From: a bacterium
GTDB taxonomy: Bacteria; UBA8248
DNA length: 64,000 bases
Assembly (NCBI GenBank): GCA_965213685.1
Contig: CBDBZY010000029.1
Location: 66,550 to 130,549 of the forward strand
Direction: 5' to 3'
The notes under the pieces are model-generated. The model saw only the letters and a list, made by a program, of their open reading frames with translations. It did no database searches and had not been told where the DNA came from. This document shows, piece after piece, positions 30,090 to 41,769 of the stretch. The translations under genes and the position numbers were made by a program. Each line of letters starts with the position of its first letter. Within the stretch, counting starts at the first letter, position 1.

Positions 30090-30911
30090 TCATTGCATCA
30101 CGGGATAAGACCCCAGCACGCGGAGGGAGGCCACCCGGCTTTCCAGGTCCCGAATCCCGCCGGCGATTTCGGCGTCTTCGACATGGCCGTCGATCTCCAC
30201 GTAGAACACATACTCCCACGCCTTTTTCCGGGACGGGCGGGATTCGATTTTCGTCATGTTCAGCTTCCGCTCGGCAATGGGGGCGAGCGCGTTGTAGAGG
30301 GCGCCCGATTCGTTTTTCAGGCCAAAGAGCAGGCTCGTTTTGGAGTGCGCCCCGCACTCCGGACGCTCGGCGCCGATGATGAAGAAGCGCGTCACGTTGA
30401 TGCTCTCCGAATCCAGCTTCTCCTCCAGAATGCGCAGGCCGTAGTGGCGCGCGGCCAGCCTGCTGCCCAGGGCGGCTGTCCTCGCGTCCGCAGCCGCCAT
30501 CTTCGCCGCCAGCGACGTGCTCGCCACCTGCTCTACCCGGATGCCGGCGGCTTTCTCCCGAAGCCAGCCCCGGCATTGGGCCACCGCGTGGGAATGGCTG
30601 AGGATGCGCTCCACCTCCCCCATGGACGCCGCGTTCGTGAGCAGGTGGATGTCGATGGGCAGCCTGACCTCGCCCGCCAGCGACAGCCGGGATTCCAGCA
30701 ACCTGTCCAGGGTGACGTTGACGGTGCCCTCGATCGCGTTTTCTATCGGGACCACCCCCCACCGGGAGCGGCGGCTTTCCGTCTCGTCGAATACGGCGTC
30801 GATGCTCGGCTCGGGCGCGAGGACGGCCCCCGCGCCGAAGCGCAGGATGGCCGCCTCGTGCGTGAAGGTGGCCTCGGGGCCCAGATAGCTGACTCTCGGC
30901 AAATCATTCAT
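30090..30911 (-). CDS. pheA: Prephenate dehydratase (PDT plus ACT; no chorismate mutase domain)
   Basis: YLGPEATF, PIENAIEG, NVTRF, KIESRP, LGSYP. Confidence 0.93.
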   Translation of the reverse strand: MNDLPRVSYLGPEATFTHEAAILRFGAGAVLAPEPSIDAVFDETESRRSRWGVVPIENAIEGTVNVTLDRLLESRLSLAGEVRLPIDIHLLTNAASMGEVERILSHSHAVAQCRGWLREKAAGIRVEQVASTSLAAKMAAADARTAALGSRLAARHYGLRILEEKLDSESINVTRFFIIGAERPECGAHSKTSLLFGLKNESGALYNALAPIAERKLNMTKIESRPSRKKAWEYVFYVEIDGHVEDAEIAGGIRDLESRVASLRVLGSYPVMQ

Positions 30912-30961
30912 GACGCAAAACCCGCTCGGGGAAAAGACGCACGCACCGGAAACCGCGCCAT
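30908..30961 (-). other. Candidate Phe-rich upstream ORF (MARFPVRASFPRAGFAS) coupled to pheA
   Basis: 17 codons with three TTT Phe; its TGA overlaps the pheA ATG. Confidence 0.3.
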
Positions 30962-31065
30962 CCTACCCCAAGGCCGGGCGATTGTGAACGCGCGGACGCT
31001 CTGGCAAACTGCATCGGGTATCCGGGGGCGGCATCCCGCCATTCCGATGAGCACATGAGGGCGCC

Positions 31066-32199
31066 ATGAAGATTGCGGACGTAGAAGCGTATATGCTCAC
31101 CGGCCCGCCAGAGGAGCGCGGCCACTGGGTGAGCCATTATCCCGTCCACCAGGCGAACGAGCTGCTGATACGGCTCAAAACCGACGCCGGGGTTGAGGGC
31201 TTTGGCCTCGGGAGCAGCCGCCTCCTCATCCGGGGGGCAGCCGAGATGTTCCGCGACGGGCTGAAGGAGGTCATCGTCGGCGAGGATGCGCTCGCACCCG
31301 AGAGGCTTTACGAGAAGGTGTTCTCCATCACCCATCAAAAACTTGCCTACGAGAAGGGGTGGTCCCGAAACGGGCTGCTCATCGCCAGTGCGGCCCTGGA
31401 CCTCGCCATGTGGGATATTTTGGGAAAAGCCTCCGGCCAGCCCCTGTTTCGCCTCTTCGGCGGGTATCGGGCGGAGGTGCCATGCTACGTCACCTGCGCC
31501 TACTACCGGGACGGGAAGGGGCTGGGCGAGCTGCGCGAGGAGATGGAAATGCTGCGCGACCAGGGGCACCGGGCGTTCAAGGCGAAAATCGGCGGCGCCT
31601 CCCTCGCCGAGGACATGGCGCGCCTGCGCGTGATTCGCGAGGTCATCGGCGAGGACGCCCAGCTCATGCTGGACGTGAACAGCGCCTGGGATCTGCCCAC
31701 CGCCATCGAGGGCGCGCGCCTTTTGCGAGAGGTTCGCCCCCGCTGGCTCGAGGAGCCGGTGCGCTGGTTCGACGATCGGCGCGAGCTGCAAATCCTCTCC
31801 CGGAAAACGGACATCCCCCTCTCCGCCGGCGAGAGCGAACAGACGGCCCACGGGGTGCGCGCCCTGCTGGAGGAGCGCGCCGTCGACGTCGTGCAGTTCG
31901 ACTGCACGCGCATGGGCGGATTCACCATGGGGAGAAAACTCGCGGCGCTCGCGGAGCTGAACCACGTGGAGGTCGCCCCGCACCACGACTGCTTCCTCCA
32001 CGCGCACATCGTGGCGGCCTCGCCCGCGGGCTGCGTCGTGGAGTCCTTCACGGACCCGGAGCGCGACCCGCTGCAGGCCGAGCTGTTCGAGAACCCGCCC
32101 CGCATCGAGAACGGCACGCTCCACCTCAACGACGCGCCGGGCCTCGGGCTTGCGCTCTCGGAAAAAGCGATAGCGAAGTTCGGGACGCGCATCGCCTGA
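31066..32199 (+). CDS. Mandelate racemase/muconate lactonizing enzyme family (enolase superfamily)
   Basis: ALDLAMWDILGK, KAK, MLDVN, WLEEP, AGE, PHH, PGLG. Confidence 0.9.
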   Translation: MKIADVEAYMLTGPPEERGHWVSHYPVHQANELLIRLKTDAGVEGFGLGSSRLLIRGAAEMFRDGLKEVIVGEDALAPERLYEKVFSITHQKLAYEKGWSRNGLLIASAALDLAMWDILGKASGQPLFRLFGGYRAEVPCYVTCAYYRDGKGLGELREEMEMLRDQGHRAFKAKIGGASLAEDMARLRVIREVIGEDAQLMLDVNSAWDLPTAIEGARLLREVRPRWLEEPVRWFDDRRELQILSRKTDIPLSAGESEQTAHGVRALLEERAVDVVQFDCTRMGGFTMGRKLAALAELNHVEVAPHHDCFLHAHIVAASPAGCVVESFTDPERDPLQAELFENPPRIENGTLHLNDAPGLGLALSEKAIAKFGTRIA

Positions 32200-32232
32200 G
32201 GGCACAGGGAGGATGCGCCGCCCGCATCCGCC

Positions 32233-32420
32233 GGGCCGCGCCTCGCGCCCGGACGCCACAGATATTTCCTGTTGGCCAGCACGCCCTTTCCGCCGCTTTT
32301 GACGCGAACCGGCCGCCTCGCCCGGGCACCATAGATATTTCCTGTTGGCCAGCGCGCCCTTTCCCGCCACGCTTTTGACGCGAACGGGCCGCGTCTCGCC
32401 CGGCCGTTATAAATATTTCC
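32233..32420. repeat. Imperfect tandem repeat, about 73-78 bp period, about 2.5 copies
   Basis: AGATATTTCCTGTTGGCCAGC...GCTTTTGACGCGAAC at 32260 and 32333; partial third copy AAATATTTCC at 32411. Confidence 0.9.
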
Positions 32421-33297
32421 GGAACCAGGCGATGGCCTCGACCATGCCGACCTCGTGGTGTTCGGGGCTGCAGAAATAATAGGACTCATAGTGCTGGGCG
32501 CCCGGGAGTTTGACGATCTTCTTGGGCTCTCCGCAGGCTTCATAGCACCGGATTTGCTGATCCACCGGCACGAGAAAATCGTTCTCCGAATAGATGAACA
32601 AAACCGGACGCGGCGCGATCCGGCTCGCCACCCACTCGGGCTTGTAGCGCCAGCAGGCCTCGGCGCTTTGCAGATCGTAGTCCTTCACGTAGTCGTCGTG
32701 CTTTTGGTGATGCGTCTGAATCACCTCCAGCGTATGGGGGTCGCAGAGCATGATCTCCGGCAGCGGCATCGTGGTCGGCTCGCCGGTGGCGACCCGCTTG
32801 CGGGCCGCCTCCATCACCCGGGCGCGAAACGCGGCCCACTCGTGCGGCCTCCTCACCGAGCGCATCCAGCGCTCCCCCTCGTGGACCCCCACGGAGGAGA
32901 CCACCACCTTCACGCGCTCGTCGAAGGCGGCGACCCATATGGCGTTCGCCCCGCCGAAGCTCGTGCCGAAAATCCCGATTCGCTCCGGGTCCACGCCCTC
33001 GACGGTCTCCATGTAGGAGATGGCGTCATACGTATCCTGGGCCTGCTCCAGGGGTCGCTGGCGGCCGCGCGCGCCCTCGCTCTTGCCGAAGCCGCGATGA
33101 TCCGGCGCCAGGATGAAGTAGCCCTCCCCCCAGAGCCGCCTCGGAACGTCCATCCCGTACACCTCCTTCATCCCGCTGTAGCCGTGCAGGCAGATGATGG
33201 CGGGCCTCGGCGGGTCGCCCTCTCGCCAATCTTCCGGTCGATAGAGGTGGGAGGCGATTTTCAGTCCATCGCTGTAGTAGAAAATTTCCTCATACAT
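32407..33297 (-). CDS. Alpha/beta hydrolase (peptidase S15/hydrolase-4-like)
   Basis: HGYSG, DHRGFGKSEG, GTSFGG nucleophile elbow, NDFLVP, AQHY. Confidence 0.88.
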   Translation of the reverse strand: MYEEIFYYSDGLKIASHLYRPEDWREGDPPRPAIICLHGYSGMKEVYGMDVPRRLWGEGYFILAPDHRGFGKSEGARGRQRPLEQAQDTYDAISYMETVEGVDPERIGIFGTSFGGANAIWVAAFDERVKVVVSSVGVHEGERWMRSVRRPHEWAAFRARVMEAARKRVATGEPTTMPLPEIMLCDPHTLEVIQTHHQKHDDYVKDYDLQSAEACWRYKPEWVASRIAPRPVLFIYSENDFLVPVDQQIRCYEACGEPKKIVKLPGAQHYESYYFCSPEHHEVGMVEAIAWFRKYL

Positions 33298-33377
33298 GCG
33301 GATTTCTCCTCCAGCAGGCGACGCGCCGTCGCGCGGCCTCAGGATGAAAGACGAACCCCGATTCTGCGAGAGTTTTC

Positions 33378-34253
33378 CTACCTTCCGGCGGCGCCGCATC
33401 CCCGCCGGGAGGGCGCCGGCGAGATGCCCCGGAGCTCGCGCAGCAACTCCCCCGGGCTGGGCGCGCGCATGAGCGCCTCCCCGACCAGAATGGCGTCGAC
33501 CCCCTCCTCCGCCAGGGGGGCCACCTCCCGCCATCCGAAAATGCCGCTCTCCGACACCAGGACGAGCGCCTCCCTCTGTCCGGGCGCGAGTTGCGAGAAC
33601 ACGCGGGAGGTGTGCTCCACATCGACCTCGAACGTCCGGAGGTTCCGGTTGTTCACGCCCAGCACCCTGGTACCCGCCTCGAGTGCGCGCGCCAGCTCCT
33701 CCTCCGCATACACCTCCACGAGCGCGTCCATGCCCACCTCCTCGGCGCGCCCGCGCAAATCCTCCAGGTGCGCCGTCTCCAGGATGGCCGCGATGAGCAA
33801 GACGGCGTCCGCCCCTCCCGCGCGGGCCTCGAGAATCTGGTAGTCCGTGAAGATGAACTCCTTTCGCATGACGGGCAGGCCCACCGCACCGCGCACGGCC
33901 TCGAGATGCGCCATGCTGCCCAGAAACTTTCTGCGCTCCGTCAGCACCGAGACGGCGGCCGCACCGCCCGCCTCGTAGCCGGCGGCGACCTCGGCCGGTC
34001 GGAAGTCGCGGGCGATCCGGCCCTGGGAGGGCGAGGCTCCCTTCACCTCGGCGATGACGCGGATGCGGTCCTCCCCGGCGGCCGCACCGGCGGAATCAGG
34101 ACGGCGGAGCGCGCCTGCGAAATCCATCGCGGGCGGGGCGTCCCGCACCCGGGACTTCACCTCGCTCTCGGGGCGCGCCCTTCTGTCTGCGTCCAGGTCT
34201 TCCCGAACGCCTTCCACGAGCCTGTCGAGCACCGTGCGCGTTGCAATCGTCAA
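33378..34253 (-). CDS. trpC: Indole-3-glycerol phosphate synthase
   Basis: IAEVKGASPS, SVLTE, RKEF, GADAVLLI, GVNNRNL, SESG, LVGEALM; TTG start approximate. Confidence 0.93.
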   Translation of the reverse strand: MTIATRTVLDRLVEGVREDLDADRRARPESEVKSRVRDAPPAMDFAGALRRPDSAGAAAGEDRIRVIAEVKGASPSQGRIARDFRPAEVAAGYEAGGAAAVSVLTERRKFLGSMAHLEAVRGAVGLPVMRKEFIFTDYQILEARAGGADAVLLIAAILETAHLEDLRGRAEEVGMDALVEVYAEEELARALEAGTRVLGVNNRNLRTFEVDVEHTSRVFSQLAPGQREALVLVSESGIFGWREVAPLAEEGVDAILVGEALMRAPSPGELLRELRGISPAPSRRGCGAAGR

Positions 34254-34332
34254 GATTCGGATACTCCCCCATCGGGATTCATCCGGACAACATCCCGCAA
34301 AACCAGGCCCCGGCTCCCCTCCCCTTTCGGGA

Positions 34333-35343
34333 TCAGGAGTTGGACATCTCCACCAGGTGCGCCAGAACCCTGGCCGCATCGCCTGAGTCTATCGCCGAGG
34401 CCGCCCGCCCGACGCCCTCCCGCAAATTCTCCGCCCTGTCGGCGGCGATGAGGGCGGCGGCGGCGTTGAGCAGCACGATGTCGCGTCGGGGGCCCCTCTC
34501 CCCTCCGAGGATCGCGCGCGTGATTTCCGCGTTCTCGGCGGGGTCGCCCCCCCGGAGGGCGTCCGCGTCCGCGCGCGCGAGGCCCGCGTCCTCGGGCGCG
34601 ACGTCATACGTCCGTATCCCGTTTCCATTCCACTCCGACACGCGCGTGGGGCCGGTGAGCGTCAGCTCGTCCATCCCGTCCGATCCGTGCACGACCAGCG
34701 CCTTCCGGCAGCCCAGCCGACGGAGAACGTCCGCGAGCAGCTCGGTGAGCTCCGGCGCATACACGCCCACCAGCTGGCTCTGGGCGCGGGCGGGGTTCGT
34801 CAGCGGACCCATCACGTTGAATATGCTCCGCATCGCGAGCTCGCGCCTCGGGCCGATGGCGTGCCGCATCGCGCCGTGCAGCATGGGGGCGAACAGGAAG
34901 CCGACGCCCGCCTCGTCGATGCACTCGCCCACCTTCTCGGGCGTCGCCTCGATGTTGACCCCCAGCGCCTTCAGCACGTCGGCGGCCCCGGACCTGCTCG
35001 ACACCGCGCGGTTGCCGTGCTTGGCCACCGGCTGGCCCGCCGCCGCCACGACGAGGGCGGCGGTGGTGCTGATGTTGAAGGTGTGGGCGCCGTCCCCGCC
35101 GGTGCCCACGACGTCAATGACGAAGGGGCGCTTCGTCCTGACCCACGTCGCCCTGGCGCGCATGGAGCGGACGCTGCCCGCGATTTCCTCGGGCGTCTCT
35201 CCCGCCATGCGCAACGCCACGAGGTAGGCGCCGATCTGGGCCGGGGTGGCCTCGCCCTCCATGATGCGGTCCATCGCCCGCTCCGCCTCATCCGCGCTCA
35301 GATGGCGGCCCTCCACGAGCTTGCCGATGGCTTCGCGCATCAT
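34333..35343 (-). CDS. trpD: Anthranilate phosphoribosyltransferase
   Basis: DVVGTGGDG, FNIST, KHGNRAVSS, GPLTNP, DGMDE. Confidence 0.96.
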   Translation of the reverse strand: MMREAIGKLVEGRHLSADEAERAMDRIMEGEATPAQIGAYLVALRMAGETPEEIAGSVRSMRARATWVRTKRPFVIDVVGTGGDGAHTFNISTTAALVVAAAGQPVAKHGNRAVSSRSGAADVLKALGVNIEATPEKVGECIDEAGVGFLFAPMLHGAMRHAIGPRRELAMRSIFNVMGPLTNPARAQSQLVGVYAPELTELLADVLRRLGCRKALVVHGSDGMDELTLTGPTRVSEWNGNGIRTYDVAPEDAGLARADADALRGGDPAENAEITRAILGGERGPRRDIVLLNAAAALIAADRAENLREGVGRAASAIDSGDAARVLAHLVEMSNS

Positions 35344-35409
35344 GGGCGCGCCTCCTCTGGAGATGGAAAGGTTTGCATCCGCTCCCGCTCCCTCACCGCT
35401 GCCCGCGCG

Positions 35410-35459
35410 GCGCGCCCGGAATCTCGCGAGTCCCGAACCCCGCGCGATTCCGGGCGCGC
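35410..35459. repeat. GC-rich inverted repeat/hairpin between trpG and trpD
   Basis: GCGCGCCCGGAATC (35410-35423) and GATTCCGGGCGCGC (35446-35459) form a 14-bp perfect stem. Confidence 0.8.
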
Positions 35460-35519
35460 ACGACTCCGGGCGTCATCGGTTCCAGGAAACTCCACCATAT
35501 CGCGTCCGCGCGCGTTTCC

Positions 35520-36104
35520 TCAAGGGCACTCAACGGCGCCCTCCAGCGCGTTCCGGAGCAGCGCCTTGCCCTCCGGCGAGAGAATCGACTCGGGGTGAAA
35601 CTGCACGCCCGCGACCGGCAGCCCCCGGATGCGAAGCCCCATGATCTCCCCCTCGGCCGTCTCCGCGCACACCTCGATCTCCGCGGGCAGGCTCTCGCGC
35701 TCGACGAGGAGGCTGTGGTATCGCGTCGCCGTCGTCGGATTCGAGAGTCCCCGAAAGACGCCGCGCCCGTCGTGCCGTATCCCGGAGGTTTTCCCGTGCA
35801 TGATCCGCTCGGCGCGAACGATTCTCCCGCCGAATGCGGAGGCGATGGCCTGGTGCCCCAGGCACACCCCCAGCAGCGGATACGCGCCCGCGCATCTCTC
35901 GACGAGCGGCAGGGTGCGGCCTGCGGATTCGGGCCGGCCAGGCCCCGGGGATATGACGATCAGCTGAGGCGAGAGTTCCGCCACGTCGCCGAGCGCGAAC
36001 CTGTCGTTTCGCCACACCGTCACCGCCGCGCCCAGCTCGGCCAGATACTGCACGAGATTATAGGTGAACGAATCGTAATTATCGATCATCAAAACGCGCG
36101 TCAT
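35520..36104 (-). CDS. trpG: Anthranilate synthase component II (glutamine amidotransferase)
   Basis: IDNYDSFTYNL, SPGPG, GVCLGHQ, RYHSL, QFHPES. Confidence 0.95.
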   Translation of the reverse strand: MTRVLMIDNYDSFTYNLVQYLAELGAAVTVWRNDRFALGDVAELSPQLIVISPGPGRPESAGRTLPLVERCAGAYPLLGVCLGHQAIASAFGGRIVRAERIMHGKTSGIRHDGRGVFRGLSNPTTATRYHSLLVERESLPAEIEVCAETAEGEIMGLRIRGLPVAGVQFHPESILSPEGKALLRNALEGAVECP

Positions 36105-36119
36105 GCCGCCCTCTCCTGC

Positions 36120-37643
36120 CTAGGGAAGCCCGCCGCGCGCCACTTCCAGGGCGCGGAGGGTGCCGCGGGCCTTGTTGATGGTCTCCTCATACTCCAGATC
36201 GGGTTTCGAGTCCGCAACGACGCCCGCCCCCACCTGGAGATAGAGCCTCCCCCCGCGCGCATAGAGCGTGCGGATGGCGATGCAGGTGTCCATGCCGCCG
36301 CCAAAGCCGAAATACCCCACCGCGCCCGAATAGGGGCCCCTGCGTACGGGCTCCATCTCGTCGATGATCTCCATGGCGCGCACCTTGGGCGCGCCCGAGA
36401 CCGTGCCGGCCGGAAAGGTGGCCCGCAGCACGTCGAACGCATCCTTGCCACAGGCCAGATTTCCCACCACGTTGCTCACGATGTGCATGACGTGGGAGTA
36501 GCGCTCTATCACCATCTGCTCGGTGACCCGCACCGTGCCGCGCTCGCACACGCGGCCCACGTCGTTGCGGCCGAGGTCGACGAGCATGATGTGCTCCGCG
36601 CGCTCCTTCTCGTCGGCGAGCAACTCCTCCGCCAGCGCCCGATCCTCCGCCTCGTCCGCCCCGCGCCGGCGCGTGCCCGCGATGGGGCGCACCTCGACCT
36701 GCTCCCCCTCGAGTCTCACGAGAACCTCCGGGGAGGCGCCCACGAGGGTGATGTCCCCCAGCTCCAGGTAGAACATATAGGGCGAGGGGTTAACCGCCCG
36801 CAACGCCCGGTAGATGGCGAAGGGGTGGACGTCGAGTGCGCTCTCCAGCCGCTGGGAGAGCACGACCTGGATCGCCTCGCCGGCGTGGATGAGTTCCACC
36901 GCGTCGGCGACCGCTCGCCGGAACCCCGCGCTCGTGAACGACGAGGAGAGGCCCGGCATGCCATCGACCGGATGCCCGCCCGCCTCCCGCGCGGGCGCCT
37001 CCTCAGGCGGATGGGGCGGGGCGACCGAGGGGCCTCTCAGCCTCTCGATGAGCGCGTCGATGCTGGCGCGCGCCTCCGCGTAGGCGGCCTCGGGGCCCCC
37101 ATCCCCTATGTGCGCGTGGGCGACGACATATATCTTCTGCGCGACGCTGTCGAAGATGAGCAAAGACTTCGTGACGATGAAAAGCAGTTCGGGCAGCCCG
37201 AGGTCGTCGCGGGCGTGCTCCGGCAGGCGCTCGATGAAGCGCACCGCGTCATACCCCATGTAGCCGATGGCACCCCCCCAGAACCTCGGCAGCCCGGGAA
37301 CGGCGACGGGCCGATAGGAGCGCATCAAGTCCCGCAAGGCGTCGATGGGGTCGTCCGCCTGGCGGGTCTCCACCCGCCCCTCCCGCGTGATGCGCACCTC
37401 CCTCCCCTTGCTCTCGAAGACGAGAGAGGGTCCGCTCCCCAGGAAGGTGTATCGCGCCCACTTCTCCCCTCCCTCAACGCTTTCGAGCAAAAAGGAATGG
37501 GCGCCGCCGTCGGCGATTTTCAGATAGGCGGACACCGGCGTATCCAGATCGGCCAGGATTTCCCGGTAGACCGGCACGATGTTCCCCTCCCCGGCGAGAG
37601 CCAGGAAGGTTTCCTTGTCTGGTGCGTAATGCTCTGGGTTCAT
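36120..37643 (-). CDS. trpE: Anthranilate synthase component I
   Basis: DTPVSAY, LLESVEGG, NPSPYM, ASPE, PIAGTR, EHIMLVDLGRND, GTVSGAPK. Confidence 0.96.
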   Translation of the reverse strand: MNPEHYAPDKETFLALAGEGNIVPVYREILADLDTPVSAYLKIADGGAHSFLLESVEGGEKWARYTFLGSGPSLVFESKGREVRITREGRVETRQADDPIDALRDLMRSYRPVAVPGLPRFWGGAIGYMGYDAVRFIERLPEHARDDLGLPELLFIVTKSLLIFDSVAQKIYVVAHAHIGDGGPEAAYAEARASIDALIERLRGPSVAPPHPPEEAPAREAGGHPVDGMPGLSSSFTSAGFRRAVADAVELIHAGEAIQVVLSQRLESALDVHPFAIYRALRAVNPSPYMFYLELGDITLVGASPEVLVRLEGEQVEVRPIAGTRRRGADEAEDRALAEELLADEKERAEHIMLVDLGRNDVGRVCERGTVRVTEQMVIERYSHVMHIVSNVVGNLACGKDAFDVLRATFPAGTVSGAPKVRAMEIIDEMEPVRRGPYSGAVGYFGFGGGMDTCIAIRTLYARGGRLYLQVGAGVVADSKPDLEYEETINKARGTLRALEVARGGLP

Positions 37644-37689
37644 TTTTCCCGGAGGCGTCGGCCCGGAAGCGACGCCTACCCTCCCATAC

Positions 37690-37726
37690 AAAAAAAGCCA
37701 TGGGGCCGAACGGGCCGCCATGGCTT
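37690..37726 (-). terminator. Intrinsic terminator (attenuator) upstream of trpE
   Basis: Minus strand AAGCCATGG-cggcccgttcggcc-CCATGGCTT followed by a U tract, about 45 nt before the trpE ATG. Confidence 0.85.
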
Positions 37727-37761
37727 GCGGATTCGATTGCGAACAGCTCCGTCAATCGCGC

Positions 37762-37836
37762 TTATGGCGAACCTCCTGCGTGGGCGGCGGGAAGTCGCCA
37801 GGGCCAAGCCTCCCGCAACACTTCGCGCGCGCTCAT
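37762..37836 (-). CDS. trpL: trp operon leader peptide (MSAREVLREAWPWRLPAAHAGGSP)
   Basis: 24-aa ORF with W-P-W, purine-rich RBS, directly upstream of the terminator and trpE. Confidence 0.75.
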   Translation of the reverse strand: MSAREVLREAWPWRLPAAHAGGSP

Positions 37837-37939
37837 CTCCCCCCCCTCTCCCTCTGAGGCCATCGAACGGGAAAACTCCGCTCCCTCGCCGGACATATAC
37901 CCGGTTTTTTCCGGGAAGGTCAAGGGCGCGCGGGGCGCC

Positions 37940-38725
37940 TCACGCCTCCTCCGGTCCCGGCTCGGCGAGCGGCGGGAGCTTGTCGCCATAGTCCACGCGC
38001 ACCAGGGCCAGCCCCTGGGCCGGGGCGGTGACGCCCGCCAGCGCCCGGCGCCTGCCCGCCAGCACGCCTCGCACGGAGTCCGCTCCGCGCTCCCCCCGCC
38101 CGACCTCCACGAGGACGCCCGCCAGGTTTCGCGCCATGTGGCGCAGGAATCCCCCCGCCGTCGCCTCGATCACCACCTCATCGCCCGCGCGCGCCACGCC
38201 GAGGCGCTCGAGGCGGCGCACGGTGTCCTCGGGCTTTCCGCTCTCCCGGCAAAAGCTGGCGAAATCATGCACGCCCTCCAGCATTCTCGCCGCCCGCCGC
38301 ATCGCCTCCACGTCCAGGCGCTTTCGGACATGCCAGGTGCGATGGCGGCGCAGCGCACTGGGAGAGGGGCGGTTCAGTATGCGGTAGCGATAGGTTTTCC
38401 GGATGGCGTCGAACTGGGCGTGAAAGCCGCCCGCCGCCTCCCTGCAATCGAGGATGCAGACGTCCCGGCCCATCATGGCGTTGAGGCCGATTCTCAACTT
38501 CCAGGGCGCGATGCGGGAGAGCGTGCGGAAGTGCGCCACTTGTCCCCAGGCGTGCACGCCGGCGTCGGTGCGGCCCGAGCCGACGACGCGAATCGCCTCG
38601 CCGCACATCCTTGCGAGCGCGCCCTCGATTTCGCCCTGCACGGTGCGCTGGCCGGGCTGGACCTGCCAGCCGTGGAAATCGGTGCCATCGTATTCTATCC
38701 AGATGACGAGGCGGCGCGCGTCCAT
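37940..38725 (-). CDS. truA: tRNA pseudouridine(38-40) synthase
   Basis: EYDGTDFHGWQ, GRTDAGVHA, HDFASF, FLRHMAR, TAPAQGL. Confidence 0.96.
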   Translation of the reverse strand: MDARRLVIWIEYDGTDFHGWQVQPGQRTVQGEIEGALARMCGEAIRVVGSGRTDAGVHAWGQVAHFRTLSRIAPWKLRIGLNAMMGRDVCILDCREAAGGFHAQFDAIRKTYRYRILNRPSPSALRRHRTWHVRKRLDVEAMRRAARMLEGVHDFASFCRESGKPEDTVRRLERLGVARAGDEVVIEATAGGFLRHMARNLAGVLVEVGRGERGADSVRGVLAGRRRALAGVTAPAQGLALVRVDYGDKLPPLAEPGPEEA

Positions 38726-38737
38726 CGGCGGAGGCGG

Positions 38738-41608
<2,871 letters not shown>

Positions 41609-41769
41609 GACCCCTCCCGACGCAGTGAAGCGCGCCGTCATCCGCAAGGCGCGCGGCACCGGGCACGCACCGGCATCCCCTGAGCGGCATATCCCGAACG
41701 TTTCGCAGAAACCCGCCGCGCCCGCTTCGGCACAGGGGCGACCGCCTCCCGAGCGGGGGCGGGGGGCTG

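Noticed and set aside
32233-32420. Possible CRISPR array
   Set aside because: The whole unit repeats with no unique spacers, there are only about 2.5 copies, and no cas genes are present
41690-41710. LexA box upstream of uvrA (CGAACGTTTCG)
   Set aside because: Spacing does not match CGAAC-N4-GTTCG or other SOS boxes I know
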